From Rhodothermales bacterium (GTDB taxonomy: Bacteria; Bacteroidota; Rhodothermia; Rhodothermales; Bin80), in NCBI GenBank assembly GCA_965207385.1, contig CBDBLZ010000021.1, forward strand, positions 641,205 to 705,204: 64,000 nucleotides of DNA, in the 5' to 3' direction. Positions 1-11,000 of the stretch are shown piece after piece. The position numbers and the translations under genes were made by a program. Numbering within the stretch: the stretch's first letter is position 1; each line of letters starts with the position of its first letter. A model generated the notes under the pieces. It saw nothing but the letters and a program-made list of their open reading frames with translations. It did not search any database and was not told where the DNA came from.

Positions 1-351
1 GGACAGCGCCTGCCGCCGCCGGCTGGCTACCAGGAGCATTGCGGCGATCACGTATTCCACGACCGATTCGGCATTGGATCCGGGGGCATGGTCGAAGGCG
101 ATGCCGAGCCGCCTGAGTGCTGCGGTGTCGACATGGTCGGTACCCGTGGTTGCGGATCCCACGAATCGGATTCTGCTACCCGTCACCAGACCCGCGCCAA
201 CGCGCGTAACGCTTCGCACAAGGAGCACGTCCGCTGCCGCCAGGTCCCGAGCGGGGACGTGCGGGCCGATAAAGGTCGAAACGGTACCCAGATCCGAGAA
301 TACCGCCCTGACGTGCGGAATATTCTCGTCCGCCAGAATGGTTAGCGGCAC
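1..351 (-). CDS. pdxB: erythronate-4-phosphate dehydrogenase, N-terminal part (gene runs off left edge)
   Basis: My own reverse translation from GTG at 351-349 gives (M)PLTILADENIPHVRAVFSDLG..DVLLVRSVTRV..FVGSATTGTDHVDTAAL..GIAFDHAPGSNAESVVEYV. This is the typical PdxB / D-2-hydroxyacid dehydrogenase N-terminus. It is absent from the ORF track because it is open at the window edge. Confidence 0.7.
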   Translation of the reverse strand, partial: MPLTILADENIPHVRAVFSDLGTVSTFIGPHVPARDLAAADVLLVRSVTRVGAGLVTGSRIRFVGSATTGTDHVDTAALRRLGIAFDHAPGSNAESVVEYVIAAMLLVASRRRQALS

Positions 352-369
352 GCGTGCTGTCGGCCTCTT

Positions 370-1002
370 TCAGAAAGCTATTGCTACTCGCAGCATGGCA
401 CTGTTCAGTGTCTGGCCTTCATTCGCTGACAATGTAACAGAACCGATGACGAGCTCCCTGTCGATGAAATCGGTAATGCCCCACGTATAGGCGATCTCGG
501 GGAGTATGCGGAGCCCGCCCACGGAAATCTCCAGGCCGACGCCCGCTTCACCGGCCAATGACGGAGACTTTATGTCGTCCACCAGTTCGGAATCTACCAA
601 TGCCTTGAACCGTGCGACCGGGCCAGCAAAGACGGTTGGCTGCACGGCGGACACTCCGATCGCATAGCGCAACAGCACCGGGATCTCCAGCAGGCTGACG
701 TCAAAGTTGTCGCGTACGCTTGATGTGTGCTCCGACAGACCGGAAAACAACATGCCGGCATCGGTGTAGCGTGCACCTGCACGCAAGCCAAGCGGGCCCA
801 TAGGGAATTCGATCCACAGCTCAGCGTGCCAGCCTGTAGTGCTGCTGAAGGTAGCTTCCCGGTCGTTGAACTGGATGTCTGTCAACCGGTCAAAATTGGC
901 TCCAACGCTTGCTCCGATGGACTGCGCAGCCCCCCCGTGGGCCAACAGCAGCCCCGTTACGAACGAGCATGTCACTCCCAGCGCGCGCTTCACGTCTGTC
1001 AT
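370..1002 (-). CDS. outer-membrane beta-barrel protein (porin-family/OmpA-like barrel)
   Basis: Internal Met start MTDVKRALGVTCSFVTGLLLAHGGAAQS resembles a signal peptide. The body has alternating beta-strand pattern and the C-terminus ends in aromatic ..RVAIAF. The longer ORF to 1122 would overlap bshA. Confidence 0.55.
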   Translation of the reverse strand: MTDVKRALGVTCSFVTGLLLAHGGAAQSIGASVGANFDRLTDIQFNDREATFSSTTGWHAELWIEFPMGPLGLRAGARYTDAGMLFSGLSEHTSSVRDNFDVSLLEIPVLLRYAIGVSAVQPTVFAGPVARFKALVDSELVDDIKSPSLAGEAGVGLEISVGGLRILPEIAYTWGITDFIDRELVIGSVTLSANEGQTLNSAMLRVAIAF

Positions 1003-1108
1003 TGCCTGAAGGCCGGGCAGGATCGGGTCAGTGCCGGGATGGTTTCTTTTGCAACCTAGCGGGTGGAGCGGGGTTTCGGCGCGTTGCAGGGACCCGAACT
1101 CCAGCCGC

Positions 1109-2254
1109 ATGAAGATAGGCATTAGTTGCTATCCGGTATACGGAGGCAGCGGCGTCGTCGCTACGGAGCTTGGCAAGGCACTCGCAGCGCGCGGGCACAA
1201 GATCCACTTTATCGCCTATTCGATGCCGTTCCGGCTGACGCATGTCACCGAGAACATTTTCTTCCACGAGGTCAGCGTTAATACATATCCCGTCTTCGAC
1301 TATCCGCCGTACGCGCTCTCGCTCACCAGCAAGATGGTGGATGTTGTCATGTACGAGCAACTGGATCTCTTGCACGTGCACTATGCCATACCGCACGCCC
1401 TGAGTGCCGTGCTTGCCCGAGATATTCTGCAGAAGCAGGGCATAGAGATTCCCGTCGTAACGACATTGCATGGAACTGACATTACGGTAGTGGGCCGCGA
1501 TCCCAGCTTTGCGCCCGTTGTCACTTACTCCATCAACCAGTCCGACGGGGTTACCGCTGTTTCGAACAATCTGCGGAAGGCGACCCTGGATGCCTTCCAG
1601 ATCGAGAACCCCATTGAGGTCATCCCCAATTTCATCGACACGGACCGGTTTCGCCGCCTCAAAAAGGAGCATTTCAAGCGCGCTATATGCCCCGGCGGTG
1701 AAAAGGTCATCGTGCACATATCCAATTTTCGTCCCGTAAAGAATGCGTCGCATGTCGTGCAAATCCTGCACAGGCTTCGTGGCCAGGGAATGCCAGTCAA
1801 GCTGCTACTGGTGGGCGATGGCCCTGACCGCGCGTCTCTGGAGCGTCTCGCGCGGGAGTTGGGCGTCCAGAGCGACATTCACTTCCTGGGTAAGCAGGGA
1901 CCTGTTGAGGAGATCCTGTCCATTGCCGACGCATTTGTCATGCCAAGCGGTTTCGAGTCATTCGGACTTGCTGCCCTGGAGGCGATGGCCTGCGGCGTGC
2001 CCGTCATCTGCAGCAACATTGGGGGCCTGCCGGAGCTGGTGGAAGGCAGCAATGCCGGGTTTCTTTGTCCCCTGGGCGACATTGAGGCATTTACGGCCTG
2101 CGTGCGAAGCATCCTGGAGGACGAAGACCTCCGTGGTCGCATGGGCGAGGCTGCCAGGCTGCACGCTGTTCGGCAATTCGATACCAAGAGCGTGGTGTCG
2201 CGCTACGAAGCGTACTATGAGCGGATACGCAAGGCTGGTCGCGGTCCGGAGTGA
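1109..2254 (+). CDS. bshA: N-acetyl-alpha-D-glucosaminyl L-malate synthase (bacillithiol biosynthesis, GT4)
   Basis: From ATG at 1109: MKIGISCYPVYGGSGVVATELGKALAARGHKIHFI..TTLHGTDITVVG..HISNFRPVK..LLLVGDGP..ESFGLAALEAMACGVP. This is collinear with BshA as I remember it. Confidence 0.85.
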   Translation: MKIGISCYPVYGGSGVVATELGKALAARGHKIHFIAYSMPFRLTHVTENIFFHEVSVNTYPVFDYPPYALSLTSKMVDVVMYEQLDLLHVHYAIPHALSAVLARDILQKQGIEIPVVTTLHGTDITVVGRDPSFAPVVTYSINQSDGVTAVSNNLRKATLDAFQIENPIEVIPNFIDTDRFRRLKKEHFKRAICPGGEKVIVHISNFRPVKNASHVVQILHRLRGQGMPVKLLLVGDGPDRASLERLARELGVQSDIHFLGKQGPVEEILSIADAFVMPSGFESFGLAALEAMACGVPVICSNIGGLPELVEGSNAGFLCPLGDIEAFTACVRSILEDEDLRGRMGEAARLHAVRQFDTKSVVSRYEAYYERIRKAGRGPE

Positions 2255-2329
2255 GCTGAGTCGTGCGCCCGTGGCAGAATCTCGCCCTGTCGGCGCTTCC
2301 GCATCTCGTGCAAGTGCAGGCGTCCGGTC

Positions 2330-2851
2330 TCAGGGCTGACCAGGTCTCCGGCGCCGATATGTCACGAAGCGGTAGCCGCTGTGCCGCTCTTCTTCGGTCA
2401 GGTGGAACCGGTCCTCGAGGAGATGTTCGTACGGCGGAAAAAAGGCGTCCCCGGCGTAGGTTCCCTCAACAAGGGTCAATTCCAGCGTATCAGCAATTGG
2501 AAGCGCGGCAGCATATACGGCGGCGCCCCCACAGATATAGATCTTCCGCGCAGTGGACGCGGCCGCAATGGCGGATTCCAGTGAATCGAAAGGCCTGATT
2601 TCCGGATAGCCCCGAAGTGCTCTTCCGGATGTCAGCATGAGCATCTGGCGGCCGGGCAGCGGTCCTCCCAAGTGGTCCAGCACGGACTGAACGGTGCGCC
2701 GGCCCATGATAACGGGGTGGCCGTACGTCAGCTGTTTGAATCGGCGCAGATCTGCCGAAATATGCCAGGGCATAGCTCCGTCGCGGCCAATTACGCGGTT
2801 CGAAGAGGCGACGGCTGCAATTATGACGATTTCCGGGCGGTGCTCCTGCAC
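2330..2851 (-). CDS. folA: dihydrofolate reductase
   Basis: IVIIAAVASSNRVIGRDGAMPWHISADLRRFKQLTYGHPVIMGRRT..IYICGGAAVY. The GTG at 2851 lies 5 nt after the upstream stop. The ATG-extended ORF to 2911 would overlap the upstream gene. Confidence 0.9.
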   Translation of the reverse strand: MQEHRPEIVIIAAVASSNRVIGRDGAMPWHISADLRRFKQLTYGHPVIMGRRTVQSVLDHLGGPLPGRQMLMLTSGRALRGYPEIRPFDSLESAIAAASTARKIYICGGAAVYAAALPIADTLELTLVEGTYAGDAFFPPYEHLLEDRFHLTEEERHSGYRFVTYRRRRPGQP

Positions 2852-2855
2852 TGCC

Positions 2856-3860
2856 TTACATGTCTTCCCAATACTCTTCCGGCATATCCTGAGCCAATTC
2901 CAGTGCACCAAGTGCGCCGGCGTATAGAGGATCGTCCACGACCGTAATCTTGAATGTACCGTAGTCGCTCAAGGCATCCCCCAAGGCGTCGGCTATGCCT
3001 TCGGTCTGGCTTCCGCCACCGGCCAGGTAGAGGTTCTTCCTGATTCTCTCCTGAAACCCCGGATCGTAGCGCCCTACGAGGTCCATTAGCGTTTCCGCTA
3101 TGGGCGCTACAAGACTCTCGCATGCCTGCGTAACCTCTTTCGTTATATCGTGAGGCTCAAACTTGCCCGCGATGGGCAAGCTAACCTTGATTCGGCCTCT
3201 GCTCTTTCCCACCCGGCCGTATCGCTCCTTGTACTCGCGGACCAACGTGTGCGTGAAGACCGAATCCGGGAATTTCTCCTTGAGCAAGTCATACAGCTGC
3301 CGGTCTATGTAGTCGCCGGCGGTGCGCAATGACCGTTGGTCTTCCTCTGATGGCATCGTGCCGTGCATGGCGCAGAAATCTATGGTACCTGCCCCGACAT
3401 CTATTATTACCGCATTGTTGAGAGCCCCCAGGCTGTAGGCCACGGCGAATGGCTCGGAAATAACCATGAGGGTGTCGGCATATTCCCGCACCGCCTCACG
3501 AATTGCGATCTTGTTCACCTTGAGCGCTTCTGCCGGGACGCCGACCGCGGCGTAAATCTGTTGCTCCTCGCCCGGCTCGACCAGATGGATCAGGTGGTGA
3601 ATCAGGCGCCGGACCGCCTCTTCCTCGCGGTTGGTCCCATCCCGGATCACCCCGTTTTCCATGGGACGAAACAGATGGACCGAAAGATGATTGTCCAGCG
3701 CATCCTGTCCGAACAGAATGTCACGCTTGAGCAGCTTGCGAGCGATAAAATCACGGGGCCAACCCACGTAGCTTTGGACCCAGTCGCGCTTGCCATTGCT
3801 GGCTGCGACGGCGCTGCGGGAAGTTCCGAGGTCTATGCCGATATACAGGATGTCGTCCAT
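2856..3860 (-). CDS. actin-like ATPase, MamK-like (MreB/ParM/Hsp70 superfamily)
   Basis: Phosphate-1 motif IGIDLGTSRS, phosphate-2 IIDVGAGTIDF, adenosine motif YLAGGGSQ. The stretch SYVGWPRDFIARKLL and the tail DDPLYAGALGALELAQDMPEEYW are collinear with MamK as I recall it. Confidence 0.7.
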   Translation of the reverse strand: MDDILYIGIDLGTSRSAVAASNGKRDWVQSYVGWPRDFIARKLLKRDILFGQDALDNHLSVHLFRPMENGVIRDGTNREEEAVRRLIHHLIHLVEPGEEQQIYAAVGVPAEALKVNKIAIREAVREYADTLMVISEPFAVAYSLGALNNAVIIDVGAGTIDFCAMHGTMPSEEDQRSLRTAGDYIDRQLYDLLKEKFPDSVFTHTLVREYKERYGRVGKSRGRIKVSLPIAGKFEPHDITKEVTQACESLVAPIAETLMDLVGRYDPGFQERIRKNLYLAGGGSQTEGIADALGDALSDYGTFKITVVDDPLYAGALGALELAQDMPEEYWEDM

Positions 3861-3902
3861 CGTCTCTTGGGGCTAGGAAGAACTTGTAATAAGCCGGGTG
3901 AC

Positions 3903-4967
3903 TTATCTGTCAAGATATGAGAGAATTCCGGATTCCAATGCGGTTGCCACGCGCTCAAGGTACGCGTCAGAATACAGCAGAGCTTCATCCGACGGCGTAC
4001 TTATAACGGAAATCTCTGCCAATACTGCCGGTACAGGGACGCCAAACAGGACTTCAAAGGGTCCCGGACGCGTACCCCAGTCGATTACGGCCGGGTTCAC
4101 TTCGCGAATACTATTGAACAGTTCGGTTTGTATGGCAGCCGCCAGCAACTTGGATTCGGAAATCTTCATCGACTTGCCGAGGCTGCCGAGATCCCGCTGC
4201 CACTCGAAGAAGGAGTACCCGGAATTCTCGTTTTCCCTCCTCGCCAGACGCAAGCTCGCTTCCGTCGCGCTGGTTCCAAAGTAGTAGGTCTCCACAGTTG
4301 ACAGCGTCTCCGGGAGGGCATTTGCATGCACGGAGATGAACAGGTCCGCCTCCATATCGGTCGCATACTTGACGCGTTCCTTGAGACTGATGCCGATGTC
4401 GTCGTCGCGCGTGAGCAGCACGCGGAAGCCGCCTGCTTCCAGACGCCTGCGCAGGCGAAGTGCGACATCTAGCGCTACGGACTTCTCGGTCAATTCCGTC
4501 GGCCCGACGGCACCAGGATCTCTTCCTCCGTGGCCGGGATCAATGACGATCGTCTTGACCTCTAGTCCAAACATCTCGGCCAGCGAAACGAGCCGCGTGT
4601 CGACCGAATCGCCGCCGCCGGCTCGACTGTCACCGGCCGCAGGCGCCGCGCTGATGGCGCGGGCACCGTCCGCAGCGGGAGCTACCGTGCTTTCCGCGGG
4701 AAGCAGGTACCTGCCGCCGAAGGTTAGCAAAAGAGCGGCCAGCGCGACAGGAAGCCAAAAGCGCCGAGTCTCCCGCGGCTGAGCCTCGTCGCCTGTCAGC
4801 AGCCGCCCGGATATGCGCAGGTTCTCCTCGTAGACGCCACGAAAGATGCGGCGCATATGCCCCCGATTATGCAGCCGTGTCCATTTCATCGGTGCTTGCG
4901 CATCATGCACATAATCCATTATCGTACGCGGCCGGCTTGGCTGCGGTCCTGGAGCACGGGCTCGCAA
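3903..4967 (-). CDS. N-acetylmuramoyl-L-alanine amidase (Amidase_3) with N-terminal membrane anchor
   Basis: IVIDPGHGGRDPGAVG..ADLFISVHANA..ETYYF. A TM segment FWLPVALAALLLTFGG is present. The true start may be an internal Met. Confidence 0.85.
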   Translation of the reverse strand: MRARAPGPQPSRPRTIMDYVHDAQAPMKWTRLHNRGHMRRIFRGVYEENLRISGRLLTGDEAQPRETRRFWLPVALAALLLTFGGRYLLPAESTVAPAADGARAISAAPAAGDSRAGGGDSVDTRLVSLAEMFGLEVKTIVIDPGHGGRDPGAVGPTELTEKSVALDVALRLRRRLEAGGFRVLLTRDDDIGISLKERVKYATDMEADLFISVHANALPETLSTVETYYFGTSATEASLRLARRENENSGYSFFEWQRDLGSLGKSMKISESKLLAAAIQTELFNSIREVNPAVIDWGTRPGPFEVLFGVPVPAVLAEISVISTPSDEALLYSDAYLERVATALESGILSYLDR

Positions 4968-5304
4968 TGTCCAGATTCGCTATTCGCCGTGCGGGTCCAG
5001 AGGCCAGCGGCCGGATGTCACGTGGGGCATCGAACCGGGTTAAGCAATCAGTGGCCACACTGGTCGTCCCTTGCGAATCCGTTGCCCGGAGAGCAGCAAG
5101 CGCACGACGCCACGGACTGCCATTCAACGCCCGGACCATACCCGGGTGGTCCGGACACAGTTGGCATGCCTGGCTGGAGCACACTGTGCGATTGCGCTGG
5201 CTAGACCGCAATAGGAGCCCTTATGCCCGGGTGATGACGATAGTCTTGAAGGGCAAAGTCCTCATACCGGTAGTCAAAGATTGAAGGCGGGCGCCGCTTG
5301 ATGA

Positions 5305-6093
5305 TCAGTCGCGGCAAGGCAGTGGTTTCCGTTCCAGCTGCAGGCGAATCTGGTCCAGGTGGTTGAGATATGCGTGCGCGTCCCCGATGGTATAGATAAG
5401 ATCCCCGGCTCCAAGGTCCGTCTGCTGTGCGACCATGTGGGTGAGCAGCGCATACTGCGCAATATTGAACGGCGCGCCCAGAAAGAGATCATTGGACCGG
5501 ATATACAAATGGCAGCTCAGCTTGCCGGTGGCGACGTAGAACTGATAGAACATGTGGCACGGCGGCAGCGCCATTTCGTGCACCCGACTCGGGTCCCACG
5601 CGCTGACTACGTGCCGGCGGCTGTAGGGGCGTTTCCGTACCGATTCAATTACGGCCGCTATCTGATCCGTGCCGCAAAAGTCCCGCCACTGCCTGCCATA
5701 AACGGGTCCGAGGTCTCCATGCCTTTCGGCAAAGTCGCCGTCCTCACGGATGCGCTTTTCGAATGCTTCCTTATGCGTCTGCCATTCGTCCGAGTTGGGT
5801 TTGGGTACGGCGGTCCCGGAAGATTCCAGATACCTGGCCAGCGGCCAGTCCGTCCATATCGAGATGCCGGCGTCCACTAGCGGCTTTATGTTGGATGAGC
5901 CCGTCAGAAACCACAGCATTTCAAGGGCGAGCGCTCGGAACCACACGCGTTTCGTCGTCACAATCGGAAAGCCTTCTTCAAGGTCAAACCTCATCTGGTA
6001 ACCGAAAACGCTGAGCGTGCCTGTGCCCGTGCGGTCCTCCTTGCGCTCTCCATGCGCCAGCACATGCTCAAGAAGATCGAGATACGCCTGCAT
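5305..6093 (-). CDS. thyA: thymidylate synthase
   Basis: [67 protein letters not shown]. Confidence 0.95.
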   Translation of the reverse strand: MQAYLDLLEHVLAHGERKEDRTGTGTLSVFGYQMRFDLEEGFPIVTTKRVWFRALALEMLWFLTGSSNIKPLVDAGISIWTDWPLARYLESSGTAVPKPNSDEWQTHKEAFEKRIREDGDFAERHGDLGPVYGRQWRDFCGTDQIAAVIESVRKRPYSRRHVVSAWDPSRVHEMALPPCHMFYQFYVATGKLSCHLYIRSNDLFLGAPFNIAQYALLTHMVAQQTDLGAGDLIYTIGDAHAYLNHLDQIRLQLERKPLPCRD

Positions 6094-6187
6094 ACAGCAC
6101 GACCCGGCTGTTATTGCGGAACGTGGGAATCTGCGGAGCTGTTATTCCCACAATATCAAAGCAAAGTTAAGTCAATTCGCAGGCTCC

Positions 6188-6448
6188 ATGGATCCCAATC
6201 TTCACCAGCAGCAGGGTATCAATCACTTGAACAAGGTTCTGGCCTATGCCCCCCTGGTAGCCTCCGATGGCGAGGCAACCGTACATCTGACTTTCGAGGA
6301 CTGGCATGTACTGGCGGACACGCTGTTTCGGATGAATACACCGAAGGAGTTTCTGCCTTCCGCCATTGTTGACTTCAGGATCCGCAGTGACGGGCAAGCC
6401 ATCGAGCTGGACACGGCTGACTATCGCATTTCGGTGGAAATGTTCTGA
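6188..6448 (+). CDS. hypothetical small protein (86 aa)
   Basis: Internal ATG at 6188 (MDPNLHQQQGINHL..). The upstream part of the ORF overlaps thyA on the other strand. No recognisable family. Confidence 0.3.
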   Translation: MDPNLHQQQGINHLNKVLAYAPLVASDGEATVHLTFEDWHVLADTLFRMNTPKEFLPSAIVDFRIRSDGQAIELDTADYRISVEMF

Positions 6449-6805
6449 GCGGCGCGCGTAGTTGTCGGCAAGATCCAGGGACTTCCTGCCTGTGGCTGTC
6501 CCCGATGCGCCGCGCTGCACGGTGGGGTTGTAATGTAGGCCCTAATAGTGAAGCCACGGGCATTGAAGGATTCGCGTTCGGGAGCGCCCGCATCCCGTGG
6601 CGAATGTTGCGTGTGACCACTGTCGACGCTGGTCCCGGTCCAGTGGAGCCTTCGGGAGCCGTAGTCGGCACGCTTTTCGGCCAGGCCGCGTGACAATGGA
6701 TACATGGCCCCGCAGCATTGCCCTGGAATCGTGGCATGGTTTTATGTTGGGTCAGCCCATAGATTTAGGCCTGCTGCCTGGAGTAAGCCCTGGCCCTGCC
6801 CCGCA

Positions 6806-8008
6806 ATGGCGTCGATACTACTAATAGGAACGCTGGATACTAAAGGGGCTGAAGTGGCCTACGTTCGTGACCTCATTAGTGAAAGGGGGCACGCCGTCGT
6901 GGTCATGGACTGCGGGGTCATGGGGGATGCCCCGTTTGCGGCCGATATTTCGGGCCAAAACGTTGCACACGCCGGAGGAAGCACGCTTGAGGAGCTCAGG
7001 GCAACAGCAGATCGCGGCGAGGCGCTGGAAGTGATGACGCGCGGTGCTTGTGCGCAGCTGCAGGCACTCGTGGAAGAGGATGGCGTGCAAGCCGTGCTGG
7101 GGCTGGGAGGTTCTGGGGGTACTGTCGTGGCTACGGCCGCCATGCGGACCCTGCCGGTTGGCATTCCGAAGGTGATGGTGTCCACCATAGCCTCAGGGGA
7201 TGTGGGACCGTATGTCGGCGTGAAGGACATCACCATGATGTATTCGGTGGTCGATATAGCCGGCCTCAACGGCATATCAAGGCGCATTCTGGGAAACGCA
7301 GCGGGTGCGGTGTGCGGCATGGTGGAGCAGGCGGTTCCGGAATTCGAAGAACGACCGCTTGTTGCGGCTACCATGTTTGGTGTTACCACCCCGTGTGTGG
7401 ATCGCGTCAGGAAGCAGCTGGAAAGGGCCGGGTTTGAAGTGATCGTGTTTCATGCCACGGGAAGCGGCGGTCGTGCCATGGAGGCCCTCATTGACAGTGG
7501 TTACATCAGCGCAGTTGCGGACATCACAACCACGGAATGGTGCGACGAAGTGGTCGGAGGAGTCCTTAGCGCGGGTCCGGATCGGCTGGGTGCGGCCGGA
7601 AGGCGTGCTGTGCCCCAGGTCGTGTCGTGTGGGGCACTGGACATGGTCAATTTCTGGGCATTGGATACCGTGCCGGCAAGGTTCCAGGGCCGCAATCTTT
7701 ATCGACACAATGCAAACGTGACCCTAATGCGGACTACCGCGGAGGAGACTGCATGCATTGGCAAGGAAGTAGGCAGGAAGCTTGCCCAGGCGGCAGGGCC
7801 GGTCACGCTGCTGCTGCCGGGGCGCGGAGTGAGCGCCATTGATGCGGACGGACAGCCGTTTCATGATCCCGCGGCCAATGCGGCGCTGTTTGCTGCGCTG
7901 CGGGAGCATGCGGGACCGTCCGTCGACGTAAGGGAGCTGGACCTGCACATAAATGATCCGGCGTTCGCAGACGCCGTCGCCAGCCAATTGCTGAGGTACT
8001 TGAGCTGA
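6806..8008 (+). CDS. UPF0261 / Tm-1-like ATP-binding domain protein
   Basis: From ATG at 6806: MASILLIGTLDTKGAEVAYVRDLI..GLGGSGGT..ATMFGVTTPCV..FHATGSGGRAME. Confidence 0.7.
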   Translation: MASILLIGTLDTKGAEVAYVRDLISERGHAVVVMDCGVMGDAPFAADISGQNVAHAGGSTLEELRATADRGEALEVMTRGACAQLQALVEEDGVQAVLGLGGSGGTVVATAAMRTLPVGIPKVMVSTIASGDVGPYVGVKDITMMYSVVDIAGLNGISRRILGNAAGAVCGMVEQAVPEFEERPLVAATMFGVTTPCVDRVRKQLERAGFEVIVFHATGSGGRAMEALIDSGYISAVADITTTEWCDEVVGGVLSAGPDRLGAAGRRAVPQVVSCGALDMVNFWALDTVPARFQGRNLYRHNANVTLMRTTAEETACIGKEVGRKLAQAAGPVTLLLPGRGVSAIDADGQPFHDPAANAALFAALREHAGPSVDVRELDLHINDPAFADAVASQLLRYLS

Positions 8009-8068
8009 CCTTGCTGCCAGCGATAGAGGGCGCGCTGGCCTATCCCCGGCAATCACACGAGACAACGC

Positions 8069-11000
8069 ATGACCGTCAGATGCGACGCCCCGGGGCATGC
8101 TGCCACCCCGGCTTTCGGGCAGGCAAATGGGAGGACCGGCTACGCCAAGGTGAGGTCGCTCCTATTTCAGACGTCAGCGGCTTCAATGCTGGCTTGTGCC
8201 CTTGTGGCATGCAGGCCGGCGCCGGACACCGGCCCCAGGAAGGTCGAAGTGTTGTTCCTTGGTCATGAGAGCACGCACCATGACGCGCAGACCTACGCGT
8301 CTGCCGTTGCTGCGTCCTTTGCTCGGGAGGGCATCAATATTTCGTATTCCAACGATCCGAGCGTACTGGAGCCGGCCACACTTGACCTGTATGATGTTCT
8401 GCTTCTGTATGCCAACCACGATTCCATTACCGCTTCACAGGAGAGGGCACTGCTGGACTTTGTGGCCTCCGGAAATGGATTTGTGCCGGTGCACAGCGCC
8501 TCGTACTGCTTCAGGAATTCGGATGCATTTGTGCGGCTTGTCGGTGCCCAGTTCCAGGAGCACGGCGTTGGCAGGTTTACGGCCCCGATCCTCCAGGCGG
8601 ACCACCCTGCCATGCAAGGGCTCAAGGAATTCGAAACGTGGGACGAAACCTACGTGCACACGAGGCATGCACCAGACCGAGCCGTGCTCATGGAGCGCGT
8701 GGACGGCCAACACCGCGAGCCCTGGACATGGACGCGCACGCACGGCAAGGGGCGGGTGTTCTATACCGCCTATGGCCATGACGAACGCACATGGAACCAT
8801 CCGGATTTCCTGAATCTCCTCAAGGCGGGTCTGCTGTGGGCCGCGGGGGATAGAGTGCGTGCGCGATGGGAGGCGCTCGATCTTCCGCCGCTGGTTTACT
8901 CACCGCACGACAGCATTCCCAACTACGAGGAGCGGGATCCTCCTCCCAGGTTTCAGCATCCCCTGTCGCCGGAGGCTTCCCGGGCTCACATGCAGATTCC
9001 GCCCGGATTTGAATTGACACTATTTGCCTCCGAGCCGCTCATCAGAAACCCTATTGCGATGGCCTGGGACGAGCGGGGAAGGCTTTTCGTGATAGAAACT
9101 CGGGACTATCCTCACAACCTGCGCTCGGAAGGGGGCGATGCGATAAAGATCCTGCACGACACGGATGCGGATGGCAGGGCAGACTCCGTCACCGTGTTTG
9201 CTGACGGGCTCAGCATTGCCACAGGTCTCGCGTTCGCACACGATGGCCTCATAGTGTCCCAGGCGCCCGACATGCTCTTCCTGCAGGATACGGACGGAGA
9301 CGACAGGGCTGACAGGCGCGAGGTGTTGTTCTCGGGATTCGGGACAGGGGACACGCACGCCGGTCCGTCGAATCTCAAGGCTGGCTTTGATAACTGGACC
9401 TGGGGCACGGTGGGATACAGTGATTTCGAGGGAGTGGTGGGCGGTGACACCGTTCGAATGGTTCAGGGTGTATTTCGATTCAGGCCCGGCCAGTTGGAAC
9501 AGGTTTCCACGTATACGAACAATACTTGGGGACTTGGTTTCTCGGAGACGTTCGACGTTTTCGGATCCACCGCCAACAATGAGCACAGCGTGTTCGTCGC
9601 GATACCGGATCGATACTATGCCGGTGTCCCGGGACTGCTGGGCGATGGCAAGATCAAGATCGATGGCCACTATGCCATGCGGCCCAATACGCCCAACATT
9701 CGTCAGGTCGACGTATGGGGCGGATTTACCTCCGCTGCGGGGCACAACCTGTATACGGCGCGCGATTTCCCTGACGAATACTGGAATCGCATCGCCCTTG
9801 TCAACGAGCCAACAGGTCACCTTCTGCACCGGGCAATCATCGAGAGCGCAGGATCGGGCTACCGTGAGCGAGATGCCTGGAATCTCCTGGCAAGTGCCGA
9901 TGAATGGGTGTCGCCCGTACATGCAGAAGTGGGGCCGGACGGCGCCGTGTGGATTCTGGACTGGTACAACTTTATCGTGCAGCACAATCCCACGCCCGAG
10001 GGATTTCGCACGGGAAGGGGAGCTGCCCACGTCAATATTCTGCGGGATTACCAGCACGGACGCATTTACCGGCTCGCGTACAGGAATGCAAGGCGCCGAC
10101 GCATTCCAGAGCTGGACATTGAGCGGCCGTCTACCCTGCTAAGGGCACTTCAACATGACAACATGTTCTGGCGCATGACGGCCCAGAGGCTTCTGGTGGA
10201 GCGCGGCGGCCTTGATGTAGTGCCTGGTCTGCTGGAAATCGCGAGCGATGCGGGACTGGATGCAATAGGCCTGAATGGAGGCGCCGCGCACGCGCTTTGG
10301 ACCCTCCAGGGACTGGATGCCGTGCGTGGAGAAGCGCTGCGCATTGTGGAGTCAGCTCTTCGGCACGCGGCGCCAGGCGTCAGAAAGGCGGCGCTGGCCG
10401 TGCTTCCACGGACGGATTCCAGTCTCTCGGCCATTCGGCGCGCCGGCGTGCTGGAGGACAAGAATCTTAATGTTCGTCTGGCGGCGTTTCTGGCGGCTTC
10501 CGAAATGCCCGCCGACCGTGAGACGGGAGCCGTGCTCTACGGGCAGAGCACGCTGCCTGAAGTCAGGACGGATGTCTGGCTTCCGGAGGCGCTGTACATT
10601 GCGGCAAGCCGCCATTGGGAAGGGTTCGTGGACGCGTACGCGCAGGACCTGGGGGCGCTCGCATTCACACGGATGGCAGCTCGCCTTGCCTCCGGTTACA
10701 CGGAGACCCCGACAGACTGGTCAGCGCCCGATCTGGAAACATCGGAGTGGGGGACCATGGCCCTTCCGATGCCATGGGTAAGGACAAATGCACTGACGTC
10801 ATTCGATGGAGCCGTGTGGTTTCGCATTGAGGTCCACCTGCCGGATGCGCCCGCAGGTGCGACGCTCGGCCTGGGCGCGATATATGACAGCGACGTGACC
10901 TTTGTGAACGGCGAGCAGATCGGGGAAACCCTGAACGGCTACGATGCAGCGCGGGTCTACGGCATCCCGCCGGGTCTGTTGCAGGCCGGCCGCAACGTGG

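Noticed and set aside
2856-3860. Magnetosome island implied by the MamK-like gene.
   Set aside because: No other mam/mms-type genes (MamA, B, E, I, L, M, O, P, Q-like) are visible in the window. It is treated as an orphan MamK-family actin.
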